DNA of 32,000 nucleotides from Caedibacter taeniospiralis (lineage in GTDB: Bacteria > Pseudomonadota > Gammaproteobacteria > Francisellales > Francisellaceae): assembly GCF_002803295.2 (NCBI RefSeq), contig NZ_PGGB02000011.1:77-32076 (forward strand). Direction: 5' to 3'. The stretch's first letter is position 1; each line of letters starts with the position of its first letter. Shown here in pieces: positions 18,185 to 28,102 of this stretch. The notes beneath the pieces are model-generated. The model had not been told where the DNA came from. It did not search any database and was given only the letters and a program-made list of their open reading frames with translations. Made by a program: the position numbers and the translations under genes.

Positions 18185-19436
18185 TTGCCAGCAAACCAAC
18201 CACAAAAGCAACGGCAAAAAACATGCTACACCCCACCGTTAATGCCACCTGATAACCATATACGCTAGTGCTGGCAGCACCACTTGCAAACTTCCCAAGC
18301 ACTATACCTGTCAGATTTTGTGCAAACCACACCCCTAATAACACAAACATATTGTTAAAGCCTACTGCCGTTGCCGTAAGCACCTGAGGAACATTTTCAA
18401 TTATCACCGCAAAGGATAGCGTCTGTGCACCAGCTGCGACACCCAACAGGAACATTAAAACAGAAAATAAACCATAGCTATCGATTGGTAACCAATTGAG
18501 CATTAAACTAATGACCACACCAAACACGGCACATGCTAACAATACTTTCTTACGGTTGCCTAATTTATCAGAAATTAAACCAACAAGGGGACTACCTAAG
18601 CCAAGCCCTAGCCACACAACTGACACGGCACCTGCTGAGATAGTTTGACTGAAAAAGTGCGCCAGATAACTGACACCACTCATTGAACCAATGACTTCTA
18701 CCGCGGGATATACAAATAAGGCGAAGATAGCGACCACCCATACTTGTCTTATCTTAATCAACATCAACATCTTTTCTTTAACGGTCATTGATAGTGCGAA
18801 CTTTGTCGATGAATCAGGCTTTTCTCTTAAGCTTTTAGGCTTATCTTTGACACATAAAAAGAAAAAAAATGCCAGCAACAATCCTAGACCAAATATCCAA
18901 TGAAAAACCAGGCGCCAATCATTATCCGTAACCACCAATAGCAACACAAATGGTGCACCAGCCAAAACTGGACCAATCATCCCTAATATCTGAGTCATCC
19001 CACCCATCACCCCTAAATATTGATGCGGGAACCAATCTAGAATAATTTTGAACATCATGGCAAAGGCAAATGCAGACCCCAAACCAATTGCAAAACGTCC
19101 TATCCAAGCCATCAAAGCTGTTGTTGCAATGCTAAAAAGTAATGCACCAAGTGCGGTAACGATAATCGCAAACGTGCCAACTCTTTTAACGCCATAGTGA
19201 TCAATCATCATACCCACAGGTAATTGCATTAGCGAATATGCTAGAAAATAGGCGGATGAAATACTACTCACCGTTAGCTCATCCAAATGAAGCTCTTGTG
19301 CAAAAATTGTATTCATCGATCCAAAGGATGCTCGGCAGAAAAACTCGTACAGAAAAAAAACACCAGCTAAGGCAAAAAAAAGCCAGCCTCTTAAGAGCTT
19401 ACGTGAAAAAAGTAAGTATTGAAATGAAGATGACAT
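18120..19436 (-). CDS. major facilitator superfamily transporter (substrate unknown)
   Basis: 438 aa, about 12 predicted hydrophobic helices, with an MFS-like loop 2-3 motif (…MQLPVGMMIDHYGVKR…). Confidence 0.8.
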   Translation of the reverse strand: MSSSFQYLLFSRKLLRGWLFFALAGVFFLYEFFCRASFGSMNTIFAQELHLDELTVSSISSAYFLAYSLMQLPVGMMIDHYGVKRVGTFAIIVTALGALLFSIATTALMAWIGRFAIGLGSAFAFAMMFKIILDWFPHQYLGVMGGMTQILGMIGPVLAGAPFVLLLVVTDNDWRLVFHWIFGLGLLLAFFFFLCVKDKPKSLREKPDSSTKFALSMTVKEKMLMLIKIRQVWVVAIFALFVYPAVEVIGSMSGVSYLAHFFSQTISAGAVSVVWLGLGLGSPLVGLISDKLGNRKKVLLACAVFGVVISLMLNWLPIDSYGLFSVLMFLLGVAAGAQTLSFAVIIENVPQVLTATAVGFNNMFVLLGVWFAQNLTGIVLGKFASGAASTSVYGYQVALTVGCSMFFAVAFVVGLLAIKETHCKRSLVLQEYTQEVQQ

Positions 19437-19712
19437 TTGATAATTTTTTGCATTAAGAATGCGTCTAAACTACCACACTATAGAGGTACTTGCAAAATTA
19501 AAACTGCCTCTCCAACAACTCCCGCTAGCTTTTTTATTTTCAGGTCAGCTAATGATAATTTTTTGAAGACGAAAAAGCACCTCATCGCCATCTGGCGACA
19601 TTTCTAAAATTCATGTCACATCAAAGTTTGTACAAATTTCATAGCAGGGTAGGCAATCCGTCATTTTAGGCATGGACATTATACATCATTAAATTTGCCT
19701 GAAAATTAGTAC

Positions 19713-20150
19713 TTAGATAACCTTCAACGTAATATCCAATGAGTGCCCCTGGCGCAGCAGATATTGAATTCTCTTGTGCTTTTCCTTGAGATCATGCGGC
19801 TGATCATGATATTTTCTTTGGTAACACAACATAGCTTGCTCAAACCAGTCAATATTAAGCATTGCCAGCATTTTTTCGAGTATTGCACTTTCGATACCTT
19901 TTTCATACACAAGCTTCTGCTTGATTCGCAACAAACCATAATGTTTGCTCAGGCAATCACGCAGAACAAGCTCAGCATAGCGCTCATCAGATTGCCAATT
20001 ATTTTCAACAAACTCTGCTAACAACGTATCAATTTCCTCCAGTGATAGATTATTACGCAACATGAGCTTTCGCCTGAGTTGTGCAGAGGAGTACTCTTGT
20101 TTTGACAGTAGATAAAAAAGATAATCGCGTTCGTTTTTACTCTTCTGCAT
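19713..20150 (-). CDS. recX: RecA regulator RecX
   Basis: A 145-aa helical-repeat protein (…[20 protein letters not shown]…) immediately downstream of recA. ATG at 20150 overlaps the recA 3' end by 14 nt. The rest of the 262-aa ORF-track entry runs through recA in another frame. Confidence 0.75.
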   Translation of the reverse strand: MQKSKNERDYLFYLLSKQEYSSAQLRRKLMLRNNLSLEEIDTLLAEFVENNWQSDERYAELVLRDCLSKHYGLLRIKQKLVYEKGIESAILEKMLAMLNIDWFEQAMLCYQRKYHDQPHDLKEKHKRIQYLLRQGHSLDITLKVI

Positions 20151-21165
20151 TTGAGGGGGTGAGTTTATTTTTATTGGCGTTTGGTAATAGCGTTTCCATA
20201 ATTGCTTTATGTAATGCTTCTTTGACGACTGGATTTTCCTTGAGATAAGCGCGCACATTGTCTTTTCCCTGCCCGATACGATCGCCATTGTAGCTATACC
20301 AGGCACCCGACTTGTCAACAAGATTATATTTGACACCCAAATCAATAAGCTCCCCCTCCAGAGAGATTCCCTCGCCATATAAAATATCAAAATCTGCCTG
20401 TTTAAATGGTGGAGATACCTTATTTTTGACCACTTTGACTTTTGTCTCATTTCCAAGTATTTCTTCACCTTTTTTAATTGGACTGCCACGGCGAATTTCA
20501 AGACGAACTGAAGCGTAGAATTTTAACGCATTACCGCCAGTAGTCGTTTCTGGATTACCAAACATGACCCCAATTTTCATTCTGATTTGGTTAATAAATA
20601 CCACCAGCGTATTCGAACGCTTGATATTGGCGGTTAATTTACGCAATGCCTGTGACATGAGTCTCGCCTGCAATCCCATATGGGAATCCCCCATCTCCCC
20701 TTCAATTTCAGCTTTTGGCGTTAATGCTGCCACTGAGTCGACCACAACAATGTCTACGCCGCCTGAGCGCACCAGCATATCAACAATTTCCAAGGCTTGC
20801 TCACCCGTATCTGGCTGAGAGACAACCAGGCTCTTAAGGTCAACGCCAAGAGCCTCAGCATACACGGGATCAAGTACATGCTCTGCATCAATAAAAGCTG
20901 CTGTACCCCCATTTTTCTGGCATTGAGCAATAGCTTGCAAAGTTAGCGTTGTTTTCCCTGAGGATTCAGAACCATAAATCTCAACCACACGTCCTTTAGG
21001 CAAACCACCAACTCCTAAGGCTATATCCAAACCAATAGAACCTGTTGAGATCACTTCGATATCTTTTGCAAGATCGTTATCGCCCATACGCATAATAGAG
21101 CCTTTACCAAATTGCTTCTCAATTTGCGCTAAAGCTGAATTTAACGCTTGTTCTTTATTACTCAT
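20137..21165 (-). CDS. recA: recombinase RecA
   Basis: 342 aa with a Walker A region (GSESSGKTT), Walker B ([10 protein letters not shown]) and the L1/L2 loops (…[20 protein letters not shown]…). Confidence 0.97.
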   Translation of the reverse strand: MSNKEQALNSALAQIEKQFGKGSIMRMGDNDLAKDIEVISTGSIGLDIALGVGGLPKGRVVEIYGSESSGKTTLTLQAIAQCQKNGGTAAFIDAEHVLDPVYAEALGVDLKSLVVSQPDTGEQALEIVDMLVRSGGVDIVVVDSVAALTPKAEIEGEMGDSHMGLQARLMSQALRKLTANIKRSNTLVVFINQIRMKIGVMFGNPETTTGGNALKFYASVRLEIRRGSPIKKGEEILGNETKVKVVKNKVSPPFKQADFDILYGEGISLEGELIDLGVKYNLVDKSGAWYSYNGDRIGQGKDNVRAYLKENPVVKEALHKAIMETLLPNANKNKLTPSNAEE

Positions 21166-21251
21166 AGATCATCCTCAAAACAGGTAAATTTAAGATTTAA
21201 AACACGGGAATTAATGTAGCATTTATACGTAACGAACAAAAGGCAAATCTC

Positions 21252-21271
21252 ACCCCACTTTAAAGTGGGGT
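21252..21271. repeat. 20-nt perfect palindrome ACCCCACTTTAAAGTGGGGT in the recA/smpB divergent intergenic region
   Basis: Read directly from the sequence. It shares the 14-nt core CCACTTTAAAGTGG with the 42-bp palindrome at 30917-30958. Confidence 0.8.
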
Positions 21272-21370
21272 TGTCGGATGCGTGTGACACCGCTTACCCA
21301 CACCGACATTTTGGGCAAATGCTTAGGTAAATATTTTGTCCAAACCTATTTCTCTTATGTCTTCAGTTCG

Positions 21371-21379
21371 TGTTAGAAT
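21371..21379 (+). promoter_or_regulatory. extended -10 element (TGTTAGAAT) upstream of smpB
   Basis: CGTGTTAGAATCTCG lies about 40 nt upstream of the smpB ATG. The -35 is weak. Confidence 0.4.
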
Positions 21380-21418
21380 CTCGACCATTGCAACACTTAT
21401 GGTCCATTTTGCAAAGCA

Positions 21419-21901
21419 ATGGCAAAGACAAAACCCAAATCAACCGCAACGAGTAATACGATTGCTAAGAACAAAAAAGCATTTCATGAATATACCATTG
21501 AGGATCGCTTTGAAGCTGGTATTGTGCTCCAGGGTTGGGAAGTAAAAAGTATTCGCTCAGGACGCGTGCAGCTTGTCGATAGTCATATTCATGTCAAAAA
21601 TAGCGAAGCCTGGCTTTTTAACGCCCTGATCACTCCTTTACATTCGGCATCAACGCATGTTGTACCCGAGCCCGCTGGGACGCGTAAATTGCTTTTACAT
21701 CGCCGAGAAATCAATAAACTATTAGGAAAAATCGATCAAAAAGGCTATACCGTAGTACCGTTGGCAATGTACTGGAAAGGTTCTCGAGTTAAGCTTGAAA
21801 TCGCGATCGCCAAAGGTAAACAATTACATGACAAACGCCAGGCATCTAAAGAGCATGACTGGAAACGTGAGAAAGAACGTCTGTTCAAAAAGAGTATTTA
21901 G
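21419..21901 (+). CDS. smpB: SsrA(tmRNA)-binding protein
   Basis: 160 aa, …[32 protein letters not shown]…, with a basic C-terminal tail. Confidence 0.95.
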   Translation: MAKTKPKSTATSNTIAKNKKAFHEYTIEDRFEAGIVLQGWEVKSIRSGRVQLVDSHIHVKNSEAWLFNALITPLHSASTHVVPEPAGTRKLLLHRREINKLLGKIDQKGYTVVPLAMYWKGSRVKLEIAIAKGKQLHDKRQASKEHDWKREKERLFKKSI

Positions 21902-21904
21902 GCA

Positions 21905-22678
21905 ATGAGCGCAACCGAAAAAAAGCTTCATTTCTATATTACTAAGGCAATCGCAGATTATAAAATGCTGCAAAAAGGAGACAAAGTCATGATCTGCCTT
22001 TCTGGCGGCAAGGACTCTTTTAGCCTTGTTAAGATTATGCACACACTGGTGCAAAACGACACCTATGATGTGAAGCTTATGGTCTATACGCTTGACCAAA
22101 GCCAGCCTGGCTGGGATGATCGCGATATGCGCGCTTACCTTGAAAAGCATGATATCAACTATGTGATTGAAAAGCGTGATACCTATTCAGTCGTCATTGA
22201 TAAGATTCCTGAAAATAAAACTTATTGTTCACTGTGTTCACGCCTGCGTCGTGGCAATATCTATCGCTTTGCACGTGAAAATAAAATGAACAAAATCATG
22301 TTGGGACATCATCGCGATGATGTCATCGAATCTGTACTCATGTCGATGTTTTATCAAGGCAAAATAAAATCCATGCCCGCGAAGCTATTAACTGAGGATA
22401 AAGAGAATGTCGTTGTTCGCCCGATGATCTATTGCCAGGAGCGTGATATTGCACGCTTTGCCAAAGAGCAGAACTTCCCCATTATTCCCTGTAATCTTTG
22501 TGGCAGTCAGGAAAATTTAAAACGCCAGCAGGTAAAAAACCTGATCCATGAACTTGCCAGGCAAAATCCTGTGATCCCACAAAATATCTTTGCCTCCCTC
22601 AGTAACGTGGTACCAAGCCATTTGTATGACAGCAGTTTATTTGATATCCGTGAATGCGATCAGGAACGATTAGGCTGA
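21905..22678 (+). CDS. ttcA: tRNA 2-thiocytidine(32) synthetase
   Basis: PP-loop motif SGGKDS and CxxC pairs (CSLCSRLRRG, CNLCGSQ). Starts 3 nt after the smpB stop. Confidence 0.88.
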   Translation: MSATEKKLHFYITKAIADYKMLQKGDKVMICLSGGKDSFSLVKIMHTLVQNDTYDVKLMVYTLDQSQPGWDDRDMRAYLEKHDINYVIEKRDTYSVVIDKIPENKTYCSLCSRLRRGNIYRFARENKMNKIMLGHHRDDVIESVLMSMFYQGKIKSMPAKLLTEDKENVVVRPMIYCQERDIARFAKEQNFPIIPCNLCGSQENLKRQQVKNLIHELARQNPVIPQNIFASLSNVVPSHLYDSSLFDIRECDQERLG

Positions 22679-22704
22679 TCTTAATCAAATAGTCCTGGTA
22701 GAGT

Positions 22705-22729
22705 AAGCCGTCAGGGTTGTCGGCTTTTG
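22705..22729 (+). terminator. weak intrinsic terminator after ttcA
   Basis: AAGCCG (22705-22710), 10-nt loop, CGGCTT (22721-22726), running into TTTT. Confidence 0.4.
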
Positions 22730-22803
22730 CAAACAAGATTTACTTGAGAGATTAAATAAGCTAAGGTAACCCGTCATAATTAACACGTTAAACAGATATT
22801 AAA

Positions 22804-23637
22804 ATGATCCACTGGTTTCCAGCGCATATGCACAAGGCCACCAAAGAGCTCATTAAAATCATGCCTCAAATTGATATTGCCATTGAGGTAGTTGATGCTC
22901 GAGCACCCGAAGCAAGTGCCAATCCCGTCTTACATGAAGCTGCTAAAGGTAAGCCAATCATTAAGATTCTCTCCAAAGCTGATCTTGCAGACCCCATTGT
23001 TACTAAAGCGTGGCTTAAATTTTACCAGGGCAAAGCCCTGGCACTTGATATTGCGCATGATAAAAAAAGTGCGCAAAAAATTATTAACCTGTGCAAAAAG
23101 CAACTGCCCAATCGTGGCACGATTTTAAAACCAATACGCGTTGTGATTTTTGGCATTCCCAATGTCGGAAAATCAACACTTATCAATAGCCTCGCCAAAC
23201 GAAAAGTAGCTCAAACTGGCAATGAGCCCGCGGTGACCAAAAGGCAGCAAAAGATAGAGATTGAAAAGCACTTTTATCTTAATGATACCCCTGGGATCAT
23301 GTTTCCAAGTCCAAAAGATGAAGGATGTAGCTATAAGCTTGCCGCTATTGGCTCCATTCGCGACACCGCAATGGACTATCCATCAACGGCTTACTTCATC
23401 TTAGATTTTCTCAAAGAAGAGTATCCTCAGTTACTCATGTCGCGCTTTAATCCCACAAGCCTCACTATGGATACTGAAGAGATGCTTCTCAATATCGGCA
23501 AAGCACTAGGGCAACAACATACACATCACATTGCCGAGAAAATTATTCAAGATTTTCGCCAGGGAAGAATTGGAGCTATGTCGCTGGAAACCCCTGATAA
23601 CTACCTGAAGTATTACGTCCCTTCTGAAAATGTATAA
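22804..23637 (+). CDS. rbgA: ribosome biogenesis GTPase A (YlqF/RbgA, circularly permuted GTPase)
   Basis: N-terminus is MIHWFPAHMHKA. The G4 motif (SKAD) precedes G1 (GIPNVGKST) and G3 (DTPG), the order diagnostic of cpGTPases. Confidence 0.85.
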   Translation: MIHWFPAHMHKATKELIKIMPQIDIAIEVVDARAPEASANPVLHEAAKGKPIIKILSKADLADPIVTKAWLKFYQGKALALDIAHDKKSAQKIINLCKKQLPNRGTILKPIRVVIFGIPNVGKSTLINSLAKRKVAQTGNEPAVTKRQQKIEIEKHFYLNDTPGIMFPSPKDEGCSYKLAAIGSIRDTAMDYPSTAYFILDFLKEEYPQLLMSRFNPTSLTMDTEEMLLNIGKALGQQHTHHIAEKIIQDFRQGRIGAMSLETPDNYLKYYVPSENV

Positions 23638-23808
23638 GCGCGTAACTCCAGTTACCTACACCCCCTATGTGTTGCCGACTTCGTTACATTTATTTGGTCG
23701 CTGCTTGTTCAGAATATGTTAGGACATTCAGTGATGAATGTTTTCATTTATTTCTCGACTATTCCGTGCAATAATGCGCAATAGTCGCGACCAGTCCGTT
23801 TTAAGCCA

Positions 23809-25014
23809 ATGATTAGACGATTTTATGAAAATATTATTCAAAATCATATGAATAAATATGAGCAAATGATTTTTATTTCTGGCGCCCGTCAAGTGGGCAA
23901 AACGACGCTGGCAAAACAGTTTCAAACCAGCGACAAAAGTTATTTAAACTGGGACAATGTTGTACACAGAGAAATTATACTAAGCCGATTGTTCGATTAT
24001 ATTGATAACGATCTGCTTGCAGTATTATCTGAGACTAAACCCTGTTTGATCCTTGATGAAATTCATAAATATGAAAACTGGAAAAATTTTATTAAAGGTA
24101 TTTATGATCAATATAAAGGGAGAATACATTTGATCATTACAGGATCTGCTAAATTAGATATCTATAGTAAGGGCGGGGATAGTCTGATGGGGAGATATTT
24201 TAATTATCAGATTATGCCCTTGTCTGTGCATGAGTTGTTAGAAGTCCCATATGCAAAAAAGTTTGTTAATCAACCTTCCGCTTTAGCTCATGAAAAGTGG
24301 GGACGTTTATTTAGATTTGGTGGATATCCTGAGGCCTATAGTAAGAATGATATTGAGTTTTTTGAATTGTGGTCAGCTATGCGCTGGAATCAGTTATTCA
24401 AAGAGGAAATTCGTGATTATGCTAACGTGCACGATATTGCACAACTTGAACTTATGGGGAAGCTAATCATTGGACAAGTCGGGAGTTTAATTAATTACGC
24501 TCAAGTGGCTAAAAAAATTCAAAAGTCTGAAAGCACGGTAAGGTCATGGTTCCAATTATTAGAAAGCACCTATTATCTATTTAGCATCTCTCCATGGTCA
24601 AATAACGTGAATCGCTCCATTTTAAAAGCGCCTAAGGCATATTTACATGACTGGTCACTTGTTAATGATGTTGGCGCCAGGATTGAGAATTATTGTGCTG
24701 TGCATTTGTTAAAAGCGATATATTATTGGAAAAATACAGGGCAAGGTCATTTTTCTCTACACTATTTGCGTGATAAGGATCAACGCGAAGTCGATTTTCT
24801 CATTGCTAAAGAAGATCAGCCCTGGATGCTTATTGAGGTTAAAAAAAGCCTGAATATTTCGACCAGTAAAAATCTGTTGTATTTCCAAAGGCAACTCAAT
24901 CCCACATATACTTTTCAGCTTGTGTTTGATGCTGAGTTTATAAAGCTTGATCTATTTAATATTCATGACAGCAAAATTGTACCTATGCATACTTTCTTGT
25001 CACAGCTATTTTAA
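23809..25014 (+). CDS. AAA_14/DUF4143-family ATPase with a C-terminal PD-(D/E)xK-like motif, function unknown
   Basis: Walker A GARQVGKTT (from nt 23881), Walker B LILDEIH, a central wHTH-like segment (…SESTVRSWFQLLESTYYLF…), and a C-terminal …REVDFLIAKEDQPWMLIEVKKS…. This architecture matches my recollection of the PF13173 + PF13635 family. Confidence 0.75.
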   Translation: MIRRFYENIIQNHMNKYEQMIFISGARQVGKTTLAKQFQTSDKSYLNWDNVVHREIILSRLFDYIDNDLLAVLSETKPCLILDEIHKYENWKNFIKGIYDQYKGRIHLIITGSAKLDIYSKGGDSLMGRYFNYQIMPLSVHELLEVPYAKKFVNQPSALAHEKWGRLFRFGGYPEAYSKNDIEFFELWSAMRWNQLFKEEIRDYANVHDIAQLELMGKLIIGQVGSLINYAQVAKKIQKSESTVRSWFQLLESTYYLFSISPWSNNVNRSILKAPKAYLHDWSLVNDVGARIENYCAVHLLKAIYYWKNTGQGHFSLHYLRDKDQREVDFLIAKEDQPWMLIEVKKSLNISTSKNLLYFQRQLNPTYTFQLVFDAEFIKLDLFNIHDSKIVPMHTFLSQLF

Positions 25015-25181
25015 CGTGAGTTACTGTTACGTACGTTTGCTGATTTTTGAGGCTGTGCAAATAATTCGCCCAAGCGTGTCGGTGTGAGTAATCAGTGTCA
25101 CCCTGCGTGAAGTCGTTAGGGTTATTTGAAAGCTGGATTCCCGCCTATTTTGTTTCGGCGAAAATATGGTTATGACCCTTT

Positions 25182-26168
25182 TTAGTAAACCTTTATACAC
25201 GCCACTTTTCTTTCTTGCGACAGCTGGTGAAGTGGTGGTTTTTCCCTGGCACACATCTCATCTGCCAATGGACAACGTGTGCGAAACACGCACCCTGATG
25301 GCGGATTGATCGGTGACGGGAGATCACCCTCTAAAATTTGAATTTGTTTATTACGCTCCAACTCAGGGTCAGGCAATGGCACTGCGGACAATAATGCTTT
25401 AGTGTAAGGATGCGCTGGTCTGTCACATAAAGCTCTTGATTCTCCCACCTCCATCAAATTTCCCAAATACATCACCATAATGTGATCAGAGATGTGTTTT
25501 ATCACACTTAAATTATGCGCAATAAATAGAATGGTTAATCCCAGGCTTTGCTGCAACTCTTTGAGTAAATTCACCACCTGTGCCTGAATGGACACATCCA
25601 AAGCGCTCACGGGTTCATCACACACCAAAATAGAGGGTTTTAAAATAAGCGCGCGAGCAATCCCAACCCGCTGATATTGTCCGCCTGAAAACTGATGCGG
25701 ATAACGGTTGATGTGCATGGGCGACAAGCCCACCCTACGCATCATCTCTTCAACACGCGATCTGCGTTCTTCTTTCGAGAGATGAGGTTCATGCACTCTT
25801 AAAGGTTCAGCAATAATATTGCCGATGGTAATTCTGGGATTTAGCGAGGCAAAGGGATCCTGGAAAATCATCTGAATTTCTTTTCTAACTGGCTGCCATG
25901 ACTTCTTGTGCTTAAGTGCGGTTAAATCCCTACCCGCCCAGACGACTTTTCCTTCTGTTGCATGAACTAACCCAACCACGGCGCGAATCAAGGTGGATTT
26001 ACCACAACCTGACTCACCAACAATGCCCAGGGTTTCACCTTTTTTTACCGCAAAAGAAACCCCATCAACCGCTTTGACAAAGCGCGTTTGTTGCCAGATC
26101 CAGGATTTTTTGAGTGGAAAGTGAACTTTTAAGTTTTCAATAGTCAATATGCTCTCTTGTATACTCAT
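25182..26168 (-). CDS. oppF: oligopeptide ABC transporter ATP-binding protein
   Basis: Walker [10 protein letters not shown], signature FSGGQYQRV, Walker [13 protein letters not shown], and the C-terminal oligopeptide-type extension. I prefer ATG at 26168, which forms an ATGA overlap with the oppD stop and has AGGAGG 7 nt upstream. Confidence 0.85.
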   Translation of the reverse strand: MSIQESILTIENLKVHFPLKKSWIWQQTRFVKAVDGVSFAVKKGETLGIVGESGCGKSTLIRAVVGLVHATEGKVVWAGRDLTALKHKKSWQPVRKEIQMIFQDPFASLNPRITIGNIIAEPLRVHEPHLSKEERRSRVEEMMRRVGLSPMHINRYPHQFSGGQYQRVGIARALILKPSILVCDEPVSALDVSIQAQVVNLLKELQQSLGLTILFIAHNLSVIKHISDHIMVMYLGNLMEVGESRALCDRPAHPYTKALLSAVPLPDPELERNKQIQILEGDLPSPINPPSGCVFRTRCPLADEMCAREKPPLHQLSQERKVACIKVY

Positions 26169-27148
26169 TGACATCCCTCCTGGCGTTGTTTGGCATAAAA
26201 GCAAGCAACGAGATGGACTCTATCTTCTTCATAGTTCTCTAAACTGGGTCTGTGTGTAAGACAGTTTGGTAACGCAAAATCGCACCTTGGTTGAAAAGCA
26301 CAGCCCACAGGTAAGTTGGATAGATCAGGTGGCTCCCCAGGAATGGCTTGTAAACGCGCACTTGGGATATCCACGCGTGGCGTTGCTGCCATCAATCCTT
26401 TAGTGTAAGGATGATGATTATGTTTAAATAATTCATGAACTTCTGCCGACTCTACAGGACGCCCACCATACATCACCATCACGCGATCACAGGCTCCCGC
26501 AACGACACCAATATCATGTGTAATTAAAATCGTTGCCATTTTAAATTCATTTTGCAGATCTTTTAATAGCTTTAATATTTGCGCCTGAACAGTAACATCA
26601 AGTGCGGTGGTTGGTTCATCAGCAATCAATAATTTAGGACGGCACATCAAAGCCATTGCAATCATTACGCGTTGGCGCATGCCTCCTGAAAACTCATGAG
26701 GATAGAGTTTTACCCTGTTTTTTGCATCGGGGATATTCACGGCATCAAGCATCTCAAGTGCTTTTTTAGCAGCTTCTTTTTTTGAGCAATTGCGATGAAT
26801 CATCAGGGTTTCAGAAAGCTGCTTTTCTACGGTAATATAAGGATTCAATGAAGTCATAGGATCCTGAAAAATCATTGAAATCTTATCTCCACGAACTTTA
26901 TTAAGCTGTTTCGTTGGCATCCCAACTAATTCCTGACCATTAAATATAACCGAACCTGAAATAATGGCATTGGATGCTGATAAGCCCATTAGCGCCAAAA
27001 CAGTTTGACTTTTACCCGACCCAGACTCCCCCACGATACCTAAGGTCTCCCCCTGGTCTAAGCTGAAGTTGATCTTATTGACTGCACTAACCAGCCCATC
27101 ATTGGTTTTAAATTTTACGTCCAAATCTTTTGCAATTAATAATGACAT
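26165..27148 (-). CDS. oppD: oligopeptide ABC transporter ATP-binding protein
   Basis: Walker [10 protein letters not shown], signature FSGGMRQRV, Walker [13 protein letters not shown]. Confidence 0.87.
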   Translation of the reverse strand: MSLLIAKDLDVKFKTNDGLVSAVNKINFSLDQGETLGIVGESGSGKSQTVLALMGLSASNAIISGSVIFNGQELVGMPTKQLNKVRGDKISMIFQDPMTSLNPYITVEKQLSETLMIHRNCSKKEAAKKALEMLDAVNIPDAKNRVKLYPHEFSGGMRQRVMIAMALMCRPKLLIADEPTTALDVTVQAQILKLLKDLQNEFKMATILITHDIGVVAGACDRVMVMYGGRPVESAEVHELFKHNHHPYTKGLMAATPRVDIPSARLQAIPGEPPDLSNLPVGCAFQPRCDFALPNCLTHRPSLENYEEDRVHLVACFYAKQRQEGCQ

Positions 27149-27157
27149 GTTTCCCCC

Positions 27158-28093
27158 TTAACGATGCTCACGTGGATCAAGTGCGTCTCTTAAGCCATTG
27201 CCAACAAAGTTAAAACATAACAATGTCAAGGTTAAGAAAATCGATGGGATAACTAAAATCCACCAATAATTAAAAGCAATCACCTGCACACCATCACTGA
27301 TTAAACCGCCCCAATCGGTCATTGGTGGTTGCACGCCAAGACCTAAGAAGCTTAAGAATGCCGCAGTCATAATTACCACAGGAACAGTTAAGGTAATATA
27401 AACGGCAATAATACCAATAAGGTTTCTAACAATATGACGCGTGATAATAGTGCGCTCTTTCACCCCGCACACATAAGCAGCTTCAATAAATTCCTTATTT
27501 TTTAACCCTAAGGTTTGTCCTCTGACCACGCGCGCCATATCAAGCCAGCTGACAGCTCCAATGGCAATAAAAACCAGAACAAAATTTCGACCGAATAAAG
27601 TGACCAGTAAAATGGCAAAAAACATAAAAGGCAAACCATAAAGCACATCAACGATACGCATTAAAACATTGTCTATTTTACCCCCAAAAAAGCCTGCAGT
27701 AGCTCCCACCAATGTACCAATAATCACACTGACCAGCGTTGCTACCAAACCAATTTCTAATGTCACTCGCCCACCGACCATGATACGAGTAAACACATCA
27801 CGTCCCAAGCCATCGGTGCCAAACCAATGTGTTGAACTTGGAACAAGATAGACTTCGGAAAGATTCTGGTACTCGTAACTATATGGTGAAAACCACGGCA
27901 ATATAACGACTGCAAGCACAATCAATCCAAGAATCACGATACTAATCATCGCAATCTTATTACTTCTAAAACGTAGCATCGCGTCATAGTATAAACTTCT
28001 GCCCCTAAATACTTGTTCATGTGAGGTATTTGCCACCTTTTCCAGAAAATTTGCATTCTTCTTTTTCTGCTCAACAGTAAAACTCTTTGTCAT
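27158..28093 (-). CDS. oppC: oligopeptide ABC transporter permease
   Basis: 311 aa with an OppC-type N-terminal extension (…YYDAMLRFRSNKIAMISIVIL…) and an EAA-loop region (…EFIEAAYVCGVKERTIITRHIVRN…). Confidence 0.85.
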   Translation of the reverse strand: MTKSFTVEQKKKNANFLEKVANTSHEQVFRGRSLYYDAMLRFRSNKIAMISIVILGLIVLAVVILPWFSPYSYEYQNLSEVYLVPSSTHWFGTDGLGRDVFTRIMVGGRVTLEIGLVATLVSVIIGTLVGATAGFFGGKIDNVLMRIVDVLYGLPFMFFAILLVTLFGRNFVLVFIAIGAVSWLDMARVVRGQTLGLKNKEFIEAAYVCGVKERTIITRHIVRNLIGIIAVYITLTVPVVIMTAAFLSFLGLGVQPPMTDWGGLISDGVQVIAFNYWWILVIPSIFLTLTLLCFNFVGNGLRDALDPREHR

Positions 28094-28102
28094 AACTTAA
28101 CC

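Noticed and set aside
19713-20501. The 262-aa ORF-track entry covering recX and extending into recA.
   Set aside because: Only the last 145 codons resemble RecX. The upstream part runs out of frame through the recA 3' region and has no protein-like features. recX is called from ATG at 20150.
21166-21418. Looked for a LexA/SOS box (CTGT-N8-ACAG) upstream of recA, and for a tmRNA gene next to smpB.
   Set aside because: No CTGT-N8-ACAG match appears on either strand. The intergenic region is too short and lacks the tRNA-like GGGG…CCACCA ends of ssrA. Absence of an SOS box would fit Legionellales, which I recall lack LexA, but an absence is not a finding.
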